From Malacoraja senta (lineage: Eukaryota), in contig CM075991.1 in NCBI GenBank assembly GCA_038087875.1, positions 4,650,001 through 4,714,000 on the forward strand: DNA of 64,000 bases, read 5' to 3'. The notes beneath the pieces are model-generated. The model searched no databases. It was given only the letters and a program-made list of their open reading frames with translations, and was not told the origin of the DNA. This document shows, piece by piece, positions 38,609-51,012 of this stretch. Each line of letters starts with the position of its first letter. Positions within the stretch are counted from its first letter, which is position 1. Made by a program: the position numbers and the translations under genes.

Positions 38609-41026
38609 ATCAACAAATCCAAACGATCATATAATGGATGTTGTTCCCCTGTTACAGGGTGCAGCAATAGATTACTTATTTTTGGGACTTTCATCAACTT
38701 TTGTGTTGTTAATTCTAATATCAACGGATACCATGGCTGTGTAGGCCAATCTGGTACTACTAATACCCCTGAAGCAGCATCTTGCCTGATTTTAAGCAAA
38801 CATCGGTTTATGAGGCAGAAAGGTGGAAATATATATGAAAACATACCACCCCAATGTAGTAGCGAGAAAGCATCAATCGCCACTGCTCCTGGATCTGGTT
38901 CCCATGACACATATCTCGATAACTGATGATTCAGTCTAGATGCGAACAATTCGATGTCTGACATTCCAAATCTGATTACTATGTCCTTGAATACCTCTCG
39001 ATTCAACATCCATTCTTTATTATCATGGAACTTTCGTGACCTGGTGTCTGCTGTCGTATTCATTCTACCTGGTAGATGGATAGCTGAAATCCAAATGTTC
39101 TTTCCAATACACCAAGACCAAATTTGATTAGCCATTTTGTCACATGACACCGACTTGATTCCACCCATATGATTAATATAGGCAACTGCTGTTGTGTTAT
39201 CAATTTGAACTTGAACATGCTTATTAGTTGTGTTAGAACAGTAAGCTTGGAGTCCATAGAAACATCCTAAAAGCTCCAAATAGTTAATTCCCCATGTCTG
39301 CAGTAACAATGACTTCCTGATTCCATCTGCCTCCGCAGCTAGATGCTAAGTAAGTTGCACCCGATCCTAGTGCACTGGCATCAGTTTGTAATATCATGGA
39401 AGGTTGTTCAATCAGCACTTTGCTGGAACTGCTTGAGACATGTAGAATCCACCACTGCAGATCAGAAACAGCATTTGTTGTTAGTTGCATGGTTCTATCA
39501 AAATGACCAGCATGCATTCTCGGTGCCTGTTCTTTAACTCTCTGCAGCTGTTGATAATGTAATGGTCCGTATTGGACTGCTGGGAATGCTGCTACTAATT
39601 TTCCCAGTACTCGAGCCACCTGTCTGATTGAGGGTTTTTGCTCGTTTAACAGATTACTGCAATCATTAATCAACTCCACCCTTTTTTCCCTGGGCAAAGT
39701 AATTTTCATTTGGACTGAATCAATTGTGAACCCCAAATAATCAATTGAGGTACATGGTGTTAACCCTGATTTCTTTGGATGAATTAGAAACCCCAAACTT
39801 TGAAAAGTTGATTTCACAACTGCAACAGATGCTTCTGTTGACTGTTTTGTCCTTCCTATAATCAAGACATCATCCAAGTATGCCATTAGGACATGCCCCT
39901 GGCTTCTCAGCAACCCCAGAATTGGTTTTAACAATTTTGTGAATATTCTGGGAGCGGACGTTAACCCATTAGGCAGGGCTTTGAACTGCCATAACTGGTT
40001 CATCCATGTAAATTTAAGATACTTCCTACCTTCCGAGTGAACAGACACTGAATAATATGCATCTTTTAAATCTATAGTTGCCATATAACATGCTTCTGAA
40101 ATAAGTTGTTTGGCAGTCACAAGTGTCTCCATTTTAAAATGTCTAAATTGAACAAAAGGATTCAGACTTGTCAAGTCTAGAATAATCCTACATCTTCCAT
40201 CCTTTTTTGATCGAGGGAATACATTTGACACAAATTGGTGAATTTGGTAGACTGATTCTTCAATAACACCTTTTATATATAGGGTTTCAAGTGCAGCTTG
40301 AACCTCCATCACTTCTTTTTGTGCAAAGTGGAGAATTCTGCTAGGAACATGCTGGACAGGCAAATCATAATTTGGATTGAATTCAATTTGAAATCCTTGT
40401 ATACTATTCAGAATTACCATATCTGAAGTAATCTTCCAATTGTTATAGAAGAGATGTAATCTGCCTCCAACTTTTGGACTTAATCCGGTTAGTATGTTCC
40501 CATGAGAACCAGGTCCACCTACCTCTTGAGTCATTTGAGTACCCTGAGATCCCTGGGTTCTCCTGGAAGCACCCCCACTGGTTCTTGCTCCCGCTGCAGG
40601 CCGCCAACTACGTCCCTGCGTTGATGAGCGACTTGGTCCTGGTCCAGGATCCGTATGACGTCTGAAAGGATACTTCCTCTTTACAGACTTTACAACCATT
40701 GATGTTTTCATCAATCCTGTTTTAGCTTCATCTTCCAACTCTTTAATACGTCTCCCGAGATCCTCTCCAAAGAGTAAGTTGGGTAATTGTATATTACTTG
40801 GTTTGCATAGTGCTGCGAATTTCGGATTCATAGTAGGCCGTATAGCACCTTTCCTCAGACAATTGATCTCAAAGTGGGTGCTGCATAGCAACCCCAGTGC
40901 TTCCTGATGCAACTCCGTCATCTCTTGGCTTTTAACCGCTATTCTGGCAAAAGCAGTTATTCCAGAACCCAGCAGCTTTAATATTCTCTGCAATTTTAAT
41001 TCTTGAGTTCTCATAGTCATACTCAA
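38596..41026 (-). pseudogene. DIRS gag C-terminus plus RT, RNase H and DAM-like methyltransferase (frameshift near 39300)
   Basis: GGRL..F..W, IDLKDAYY, LPNGLTSAPRIFTK, YLDD, YLGF, TDAS, INYLEL, IDNTTAVAYIN, LFASRLN..AIDAF..FPPF. Confidence 0.92.
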
Positions 41027-41698
41027 CTAATTCCAGATGATTTGATTCACTGCTGGTGCTTTCAGCAACACACAGTTACTTGGGGTCTCATGCTTTCTTG
41101 CAGTCTCATCCATCTCCTGCTGTTCCAGCTGATGGGAAACCAAGTAATTTATTAGGGAGGCCAATTCTTCTCCTAATGGCTCTCCTGACCCTGACGGGGC
41201 AGCGAATCGTACTGCCAGTGGTGGAATATCTGGCAGCTGCCGTTCTTTACCTTGTACCGCCTCACCGTCAGAGTCGGGGTCTGAACGCTCATGACCCATG
41301 GCACGCTCCTCATCCCTGAGGGTGCATTCCATCAGCCCTGTACCAGGAGCTGTTGAGCTGCTTCCAGCAGCTTGGATTTCAGTACACTCCTCCCTGAGTG
41401 TACTTCGCTCCAACAGCCTATGTACAAGGCTTTCCATTTGGGCAATATGCTCAAAACCAGTATCTAGCCCTGGAGCTACTTCCATTGCCTGGGACTCCTC
41501 CTCCGTGGGCTATCTGGATTTAAACTTGGCCTTTCGCCCGACAGGCGCTGACTGTGTTTTCACCAGCCCCAGGTCCACAGTCGCTACGCTCACCGCTGGC
41601 GACTGTACCGGGGTTAGAGGCGGTTGGTCTCTAACCGCAGACTCCCAACTTTCTGTCGGCTGAGTCGCTCGCCTCTTCCCCCTGCCCGTTTTTCCCAT
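41027..41698 (-). pseudogene. DIRS gag N-terminal part, interrupted by stop codons
   Basis: GCCATGG start at 41698. TAG at 41510-41512, where the duplicate copy has CGG. A second TAG at 41027-41029 lies inside PAVNQIIWN*LSMTMRTQELKLQ. Confidence 0.8.
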
Positions 41699-42687
41699 GG
41701 CGTCTGTGGAAAAAATCCCCACAGACCCACAGTAAACGGACCTGGATATACTTGAAAAATGTTTTTACCTACCTTGTAGTTGAAAAACTACAATTCCACT
41801 AGAGAGAGCTCCTCACGTCCGTTTGCGTCAAGGCGTCTGGCGTAATGATGCGCAGGCGCACTGGCGGGGTTCTTCGCGTAGTCACTCACGTGACTCCGAA
41901 GTAAAATCCAATATGACTAGTGCTGTCCTGGCTAATGTTTTCCAGCTGTAGAATAGAACATCTGAGGCTACTCAGGAGTAAAGTTCCCTCTTAAGTATTG
42001 GCAAGTTGCTATTGTCTTTGGTCCCTGCTGCAAGCTTTGTTGTTTAGCCACAGACTCTATCTGTTCCTTAGCAATTGGCTGAGGCTAAATCAGACTAATG
42101 TCAACCTTGATATATTTTGATTCTGATGAACTTTTTACTATATATCTGTATTGGGATTAAAGATACTTTCTTCCATCTTTCCAACTGCATTGGATTCTGC
42201 TCCTGCCTCAATTCTCTTTACTGTTGGAATTCCAATCCAATGCAAAGCTATTCCTGGACATGATTTATTCCAGTGCACTCAGTAGTAGTGCTTACAGCCT
42301 GTCTGTTTTTTTCCCCTCTTTTTTTTATTTTAGTTTGTCTAAACTGTTTGTTTTGGGGATTCTTTAGTTTTTCTATGTGGGGGAGGGGGTAGGGTAAGGG
42401 GGAAACCGTTTCCCAGTCGCTTCCTGGCGAGGATGCGACTATTTCTCCGAGTCGCGTTCTCGCCCCCTCCCCCTCTTCGCGGCCTACCACTGGATCGGAG
42501 CAGCCTTTCCTACCTGAGACCGGGGACCAGACCAGACCTTCGGCAGCGGCGGCGCGGTGCTCGATTCACCGCAGAGCGGGCGATGCCTCCCTGTATCGCC
42601 GTTTGGAGCTCCGGAGCATTGGGCCTGCTGATCCAACATCGAGGAGCTGTGGTTCACGGAGCTCCCAACGCAGGCGGCGCTGACAGA

Positions 42688-44702
42688 CATTAGGACATGC
42701 CCCTGGCTTCTCAGCAACCCCAGAATTGGTTTTAACAATTTTGTGAATATTCTGGGAGCGGACGTTAACCCATTAGGCAGGGCTTTGAACTGCCATAACT
42801 GGTTCATCCATGTAAATTTAAGATACTTCCTACCTTCCGAGTGAACAGACACTGAATAATATGCATCTTTTAAATCTATAGTTGCCATATAACATGCTTC
42901 TGAAATAAGTTGTTTGGCAGTCACAAGTGTCTCCATTTTAAAATGTCTAAATTGAACAAAAGGATTCAGACTTGTCAAGTCTAGAATAATCCTACATCTT
43001 CCATCTTTTTTTGATCGAGGGAATACATTTGACACAAATTGGTGAATTTGGTAGACTGATTCTTCAATAACACCTTTTATATATAGGGTTTCAAGTGCAG
43101 CTTGAACCTCCATCACTTCTTTTTGTGCAAAGTGGAGAGTTCTGCTAGGAACATGCTGGACAGGCAAATCATAATTTGGATTGAATTCAATTTGAAATCC
43201 TTGTATACTATTCAGAATTACCATATCTGAAGTAATCTTCCAATTGTTATAGAAGAGATGTAATCTGCCTCCAACTTTTGGACTTAATCCGGTTAGTATG
43301 TTCCCATGGGAACCAGGTCCACCTACCTCTTGAGTCATTTGAGATCCCTGGGTTCTCCTGGAAGCACCCCCACTGGTTCTTGCTCCCGCTGCAGGCCGCC
43401 AACTACGTCCCTGCGTTGATGAGCGACTTGGTCCTGGTCCAGGATCCGTATGACGTCTGAAAGGATACTTCCTCTTTACAGACTTAACAACCATTGATGT
43501 TTTCATCAATCCTGTTTTAGCTTCATCTTCCAACTCTTTAATACGTCTCCCGAGATCCTCTCCAAAGAGTAAGTTGGGTAATTGTATATTACTTGGTTTG
43601 CATAGTGCTGCGAATTTCGGATTCATAGTAGGCCGTATAGCACCTTTCCTCAGACAATTGATCTCGAAGTGGGTGCTGCAGAGCAACCCCAGTGCTTCCT
43701 GATGCAACTCCGTCATCTCTTGGCTTTTAACCGCTATTCTGGCAAAAGCAGTTATTCCAGAAGCCAGCAGCTTTAATATTCTCTGCAATTTTAATTCTTG
43801 AGTTCTCATAGTCATACTCAACTAATTCCAGATGATTTGATTCACTGCTGGTGCTTTCAGCAACACACAGTTACTTGGGGTCTCATGCTTTCTTGCAGTC
43901 TCATCCATCTCCTGCTGTTCCAGCTGATGGGAAACCAAGTAATTTATTAGGGAGGCCAATTCTTCTCCTAATGGCTCTCCTGACCCTGACGGGGCAGCGA
44001 ATCGTACTGCCAGTGGTGGAATATCTGGCAGCTGCCGTTCTTTACCTTGTACCGCCTCACCGTCAGAGTCGGGGTCTGAACGCTCATGACCCATGGCACG
44101 CTCCTCATCCCTGAGGGTGCATTCCATCAGCCCTGTACCAGGAGCTGTTGAGCTGCTTCCAGCAGCTTGGATTTCAGTACACTCCTCCCTGAGTGTACTT
44201 CGCTCCAACAGCCTATGTACAAGGCTTTCCATTTGGGCAATATGCTCAAAACCAGTATCTAGCCCTGGAGCTACTTCCATTGCCTGGGACTCCTCCTCCG
44301 TGGGCCGTCTGGATTTAAACTTGGCCTTTCGCCCGACAGGCGCTGACTGTGTTTTCACCAGCCCCAGGTCCACAGTCGCTACGCTCACCGCTGGCGACTG
44401 TACCAGGGTTAGAGGCGGTTGGTCTCTAACCGCAGACTCCCAACTTTCTGTCGGCTGAGTCGCTCGCCTCTTCCCCCTGCCCGTTTTTTCCATGGCGTCT
44501 GTGGAAAAAATCCCCACAGACCCACAGTAAACGGACCTGGATATACTTGAAAAATGTTTTTACCTACCTTGTAGTTGAAAAACTACAATTCCATTAGAGA
44601 GAGCTCCTCACGTCCGTTTGCATCAAGGCGTCTGGCGTAATGATGCGCAGGCGCACTGGCGGGGTTCTTCGCGTAGTCACTCACGTGACTCCGAAGTAAA
44701 AT
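42688..44702 (-). mobile_element. Duplicated 5' half of the DIRS element (gag plus RT truncated before YLDD)
   Basis: ORFs 43822-44517 and 42484-43821 match the first copy. The RT reads GHVLM and then runs into unrelated sequence. Confidence 0.9.
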
Positions 44703-45074
44703 CCAATATGACTAGTGCTGTCCTGGCTAATGTTTTCCAGCTGTAGAATAGAACATCTGAGGCTACTCAGGAGTAAAGTTCCCTCTTAAGTATTGGCAAG
44801 TTGCTATTGTCTTTGGTCCCTGCTGCAAGCTTTGTTGTTTAGCCACAGACTCTATCTGTTCCTTAGCAATTGGCTGAGGCTAAATCAGACTAATGTCAAC
44901 CTTGATATATTTTGATTCTGATGAACTTTTTACTATATATCTGTATTGGGATTAAAGATACTTTCTTCCATCTTTCCAACTGCATTGGATTCTGCTCCTG
45001 CCTCAATTCTCTTTACTGTTGGAATTCCAATCCAATGCAAAGCTATTCCTGGACATGATTTATTCCAGTGCACT

Positions 45075-45905
45075 CAGTAGTAGTGCTTACAGCCTGTCTG
45101 TTTTTTTCCCCTCTTTTTTTTATTTTAGTTTGTTTAAACTGTTTGTTTTGGGGATTCTTTAGTTTTTCTATGTGGGGGAGGGGGTAGGGTAAGGGGGAAA
45201 CCGTTTCCCAGTCGCTTCCTGGCGAGGATGCGACTATTTCTCCGAGTCGCGTTCTCGCCCCCTCCCCCTCTTCGCGGCCTACCACTGGATCGGAGCAGCC
45301 TTTCCTACCTGAGACCGGGGACCAGACCAGACCTTCGGCAGCGGCGGCGCGGTGCTCGATTCACCGCAGAGCGGGCGATGCCTTCCTGTATCGCCGTTTG
45401 GAGCTCCGGAGCATTGGGCCTGCTGATCCAACATCGAGGAGCTGTGGTTCGCGGAGCTCCCAATGCAGGCGGCGCTGACAGACATCGCGGAGTCCCTGGG
45501 GCCCTTTGCCGAGGGCCGCCAGCGTGAATCTCCGCCCGGTGCGGCCTGGGGACGTCGGGAGCCGTGGACTCTGGTAGGAAGCGGCCGATTCGGAGGTCCA
45601 AGCTGCTGAGGTTGTCCTCCAGTCCCGACGTTGGAGTTCCAACATCCCGGCGAGCGGGCATGAGCGGCGGGCTGCCCGTAGCGGCAACTGTGGAGGGCTC
45701 CGGAGGCCCCGACCTCGGGTGAACATCGAGGAAGATGACTGACTTTGGTGCCTTCCCTCACAGTGGGAAACTTTTGATTCTGCTGTGTGGGGATGTTTTA
45801 TGTTGAACTCTATCGTGCGTGTTCTTTATTTTATTGTATGGTGATCACATTTCACTGTGCCAACTGGCACATGTGACAAATAAATATATCTTGTATCTTG
45901 TATCA
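45075..45905 (+). mobile_element. GC-rich non-autonomous retroelement with complete 3' end (5' half duplicated at about 42280-42690)
   Basis: Stem-loop at 45755-45791, GTGACAAATAAA and (TATCTTG)n tail. Confidence 0.65.
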
Positions 45906-47145
45906 TGAACTGCCTCCCTTCTATTTCTCTTGAAATAGAGGTCATTTGGAACACTACTGTCTAAGTCTTAATTGCACCAAATGTTGATCACCAATCCCAT
46001 TTCAGCTACTTGCTCAGCCTTGTTGACTTCCATTAAGCAATGCTTCAGTTTAAAAATGCATAAATTATATTTCAGGTTTCTCCATTGCCTCTCCCCTCTT
46101 TATCGCTTGCATTTCTGACCTCTAATGCATCCTTGGATTTAATTGATCCAAATAAACGCTTTCACCAACAAAGAAGCATAATTTCCTGCCCAATACTCCC
46201 TATACCTCAGTGTATATATACTCTTGAGCTGGATTTGGCCTGCTTTCCAGAATTCCACTTGTAATTCCTGCCTGCCCTGTTATCTACGCCTGTTGTTAAG
46301 GGATGAACACGCAGACCCATTGTTCCTCTTGCTCGGTGACAGAGATTCTGTCTCGAGAAGGCTCCGACAATCTTGAACAGAAAGCAAAGGTGAGGATAGA
46401 GTTAGGTTTCATTCTTATTTTTCATAATTATATCTTCAAAAAACATATTTTCAAAATTAAACACAAAATATATTAAAGTACTTAGAAATAATTAAAGTAA
46501 GTATGTAAAAATTAGATTAACATTCCTTGTTCTCTTCAGGTTTCAAATTCCATTCACATAATGGGGGTTCCAATCCTTCCTGAGAACTGCAATGTGGATT
46601 ACTGGGACAGACTTTGGGCCACCAGACCAACTGGGCTCCACCATTGGAATACTTATGTTGAGGAATGACTTGTCATTATGTGCCATTTAGCTTGTTCCCG
46701 ATTTGTGATAGGTCCTTAAAGGTTTGGGCCATATATACCAGGAAATGGCTAAATGCCTAAATAAGGTCACTATTCCATGGTTCCAATGGCTGCTGCAATT
46801 TACAATAGAGTTTGAGTCATTAGATTTCATGGCTCATTGAAGTCTTGACCACCTTACCCAATAGTCCTTTGGTTTAGTTCCACCCAAAAGACTGTTATGT
46901 GTTTAGCAAGGCAGCTCAACACCTTCTTGAGGTAATTAGAAAAGGTTAAGTTATATTAGGCTATCTGGCAATGGTCAGATCCCATAAATTTACGAATAAA
47001 AGGCTGAGTGATGTATTAGTTTGGATAAGATGATTGGTAAACAGTATGCTGCAGGAATAAACAATATTTTCAGTGAGGTGGAACTTAATGAAGTGATACT
47101 GATCCCCTAGGGTTTTTTTTGTCCTTCTGCCTTACTTTGAAAGAT

Positions 47146-47282
47146 GGGGTGGGAGATTGCAACCATCACGTGGTCCACCCTGTTTCGACTAATGCAATCA
47201 ACCCGACGTGCACTAACAATTAGATCAAATAGAACAAGTTGACCTGCAACTTTAGGCTGTGCACGCTATATGCAAGAAGAAG
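47146..47282 (+). mobile_element. Short retroposed 3' fragment with (AAG)n tail
   Basis: 12-bp TSD ACTT(T/G)GAAAGAT (47134-47145, 47283-47294). Ends CAAGAAGAAG. Confidence 0.6.
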
Positions 47283-49614
47283 ACTTGGAAAGATTGACAT
47301 CAAAACTGCAGCTAGCAAATTAGAAATATGATGATAAATGCTCAGACAAAGGAATCTGTAGCTAGGGTGGCAGAAGAAAATGGCAGACCCAGTGTCAGAA
47401 TTTGCAGTGGCTTTCCATTTAATCTGCAACAGATTGATATCAAAGATCAAGGTTAACTGTGATACCAGAATATGGCTGATTTTGGCAAAATCTCTGCTCT
47501 CACTGCTCATTTTCTTTCCTCTACTGCTTGCACTTGGTTCCTCCACAGTTGAGAATTTGTTAGTCATATACATCTCTGCAATGAGTTGTTTTTCTGGTGA
47601 CTTCGTTGTTGCTCCGGATTGTACTTTGTTCCAAACAATGGTGGAAGTATACCTCACTGGAGAGGGTATAGAATACTTTGCTTCAAATAGAGGCTTAGGA
47701 GAAAGAGGCTGAAGTGACCAACATTCAAATACAGAGATTGGAAAGCTAACAGAAACAAAATTAACTGGGAAGGAGGAATTCACCTATTTGGGAAAGAGAT
47801 TTTTGATTATTAAGGAAGGTTTGAAATGAAATGGTGGTGGTTTATGAGTGAGAGGAGTGTGATTGAAGTTCACAGAGCCAGGAAATAGGATTAGAAGTCC
47901 TATTATGCAATAACGTGCATGCTGGGACTTCGTTTAACACTTGTGCACAAATATTAAACTATTAATATTGAATGTAACTTGTATCTTTAGTTATTTTGTC
48001 CAATACTTCAACATAGACATTTGATGATGTACCTTGCTTTTGCTCTGTGTTGACATGGTAAGAAAATGACACATTGAAAGTGGGGCACAGCTGAATGTTA
48101 GCAATGGATGCAATTGATGGAATGTGTTTTGAACGCACATCTCAGATCATTATCTGTAGATTTGCTATTGCTTGATATATTTAAGTCTCTTTGGCTTTGT
48201 TTCCTTAATTGTCGCTTATGCCATCAATGTTGTATACTATCTCATTTCACTAATGTTTAACTGCCCAAAATGCTTGCTTTCTTTTTCCTTTATTATTTAC
48301 ATAGTAGATGGAGACTCTGTCTTTGAACAATAAATCATCGATGCTTGTGCAAAAGCTGAACTAAAGGATAAGACCAGATGAATATGTGAAATGAAAGGAT
48401 TTTTCCTTCTAATGCTTGTATGTGCACCTTTTGTGCTGTTGTTTTCTCTCTCCACTCTTTTCTCTGGTGTGTTTCAGACCATTCAAAATACTGTTATTTT
48501 CGTTATTAGTATTTTGAATCTTTGCCTCTTCCACTCATTGAAACATTGCCCACATTGCTTTATTTTTTTTCTGATGTCGCTTAATTTGTTGTCATAGATT
48601 TTGTATGTATATGCAGCCCTTAAAGCTGAATAGTGCCATATTTCGACATCAACTAGGTGACAAAATCACACCCTGACTTGGTTTAAAAAAAATTGGTGTT
48701 TCTGCCACTTTTTTTGGTAACTTCTTGTCTTAGCTCCAAATACTCCATGACAACTTCTTCCCTTCTGCAAAATGGTGAGAGACATCAGATGGTATTGGAG
48801 CTTACATGACAAACAATCAATTTGTACAAGCAGAATTAAAGTGTCACATTTTTATCATTTAATTATTTCTGAAGATTAACATGATCAACAGTGTCTTTAA
48901 AATTAGTCTTAATAAATGTGCGCACAGCAGTATTAAATTGTATGTATTTCTTTAATATTCATGACACCCAGTCCCATCTCCTGAAAGATTATTATGAATT
49001 GACTGCGATTAGATATTGGTTTCTACACACGTTGACGCTAATTCACCGTGAAACTGCTTTAGTAGATATCAAAGATCAAAGTATGATTGTTCTCATTTGA
49101 ACAATCAGGTTAAGAGTTTCAAACAGATGGGACTCCATTGCTTGTGTAGTTATCAGGTTGACAGCAGCTGTGTTTGTGGTAGTTTTTTTGTTTGATTTAT
49201 GAATATTGCTCAGCTAAATGAAAAAAAGAACATTGGTAAAAGAAAACAGACAAATTACAGTTAAAGTAATTTTTTAAAATGTGTACCTAAGCAGTTATTG
49301 TATCAAATGATAGATCACTTGAATGCTATTGTAACTGCCTGTGATATATGGTCATATTATCTACAAAACTCTGTTACATGATTTTTTTTATTGCTCGTGT
49401 TGGTGGCAGTCAAGAAAACAGATTACTTTTTAGGTCAAATCGATATGTATTTCATTTACTGAGTTTTCAAACACACTTTAAGTTTATATGAAAACATACT
49501 GTAGATGCTCTCCACAGAACATTTGCGAACATTTCAAAAATGTATTTGTCCTTTGTGTTAACTGTTGTTGAATTGATGTCAATGTTTTCTTGGATTTTGG
49601 CAAAAGCTAAGTTA

Positions 49615-49820
49615 GGACAGCAAGTGGTGCAGCAGTTAGTGCTGCTTTTCCACCACTCCAATGATCCAGGATTGTTCCAGACCTTGGTTGCTGTAAGGGT
49701 GGAACTGCATATTCTCTCAGTGTTGGTGTGTGCTTTCTCCGGGTGCTTCAGTTTCATCCCACATTCCAAAGATGTGGTGGAACGCTAATAGGCTACTGTA
49801 AATTCCCCTTGGCGCTGGTT
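49615..49820 (+). mobile_element. Old V-SINE (HE1-like)
   Basis: GGTGCAGCAGTTAGTGCTGC A-box-like head and TTTCTCCGGGTGCTTCAGTTTCATCCCACATTCCAAAGA V-domain. Confidence 0.7.
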
Positions 49821-51012
49821 AATGGCAAATGACCTAAAGAGGAGTTGATTATATATAAAACAATAAATTTTGGGGGCTACTGGGAAATGAGAAGAAGGTA
49901 AATGGGACATGGAATTGTTGTGGTTGAAGCTAAGCGACTTTTAGTCCTGAAAAGCGCTATATAAATAAAATCTATTATTATTATTATTATTAACATGTTC
50001 ATGCTGGACCGGGAGAGACTCCTTCTCTCTTTCATAAAGAAGTAATTAAGTAGTTAATGAGCTTTTGTTAACCAGACTTGTTTAATCAAGAGATCAAAAT
50101 GACTGTTGCAACTTCCTTGCCATTTTGCAGTTTGTTGAAGAATTTTATTAGTATAAATTTGCTGGTACAAAACACTCCAAATGGAATCTAAGGAAAAATG
50201 ACACCCCTCATCCATGCCCCTTGTGATTTTATATTTCATTGTTTTGAAAAATCAAGTTTCTTACCACATCAGAGTAAAACCAAATTTTACTTATCCTGTC
50301 TTCTTGAAATAGTGCTGTTTAAAGAACCAATGTTTATACTGCCTCCTTTGTGCATACTTGTGACCTCCCCAAACCACAAACCACTTCCTCACATATGCAT
50401 GACTTGTTTTGCTTATTAAGGTCAAAGTTAGCATAGACAAATCTTTCCTTCAACCTATGGCTCAGGCATACTGCCCCACTGTGTAGGAATTCAATAAATG
50501 TATTAATGAATATCAGCCACTCTCTGGGTAATCACTGTGCCTGTCAGATCATATTTAACACTTCTTTCCCTCACCTTAAACCTATGCCCTCTTGTTCTTG
50601 AAACTCTTACCATGGGGGGGGGGGAAATGATTGTCAACCTCCTTTGCCTCTCCCGATCTCTATCAGGTCACCCCTCAACCTCCTGTACTCCAGGGAAGAC
50701 AAACCCAGCCTATCTAATCTTTCGCCATAACTAATGTCCTCCATGAACTGAAATTTCAACAGGGAAAGTTGACAGGTCAGCTTTGGCAATCTCACAATAG
50801 AAAATTGTGGTACTTTTGCAAAGACACAAAACTTACATGCCATTAAGATATAGGAAAATAATTCCTAGGCCAGATTGGAAAAGAAGGCAGCAAAGCTGAA
50901 GTAATAGAATAAACCAATAATAATGTAATTTAGCTGACTGTACCTGTGCCAGTCATAAAAGAACCACCTAACTTAATCTCACCTTGCAACAGGAAATCCA
51001 TTGCCCTGCAGA

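Larger units (their letters stand above)
37204..41907 (-). mobile_element. DIRS1-like tyrosine-recombinase retrotransposon, near full length, inactivated
   Basis: gag, RT/RH/MT and YR ORFs on the - strand. Inverted repeats at 37283-37312 and 41846-41875. ICR at 37433-37523 is complementary to the joined termini. AAT core at both ends, no conventional TSD. Confidence 0.95.
39884..45485. repeat. 2.8-kb tandem duplication (39884-42687 and 42688-45485) covering the DIRS 5' half, its flank and part of a GC-rich element
   Basis: Near-identical copies with scattered SNPs and one 9-bp indel. CAT microhomology at the junction (42688-42690). Confidence 0.93.

Noticed and set aside
42484..43821. 445-aa ORF as a domesticated or novel gene
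   Set aside because: It is a chimera made by the duplication junction. The RT lacks YLDD and the tail is antisense repeat sequence.
47220..47783. 187-aa minus-strand ORF and overlapping 110-aa plus-strand ORF
   Set aside because: No recognisable domain or exon context; the longer ORF runs into a retroposed fragment.
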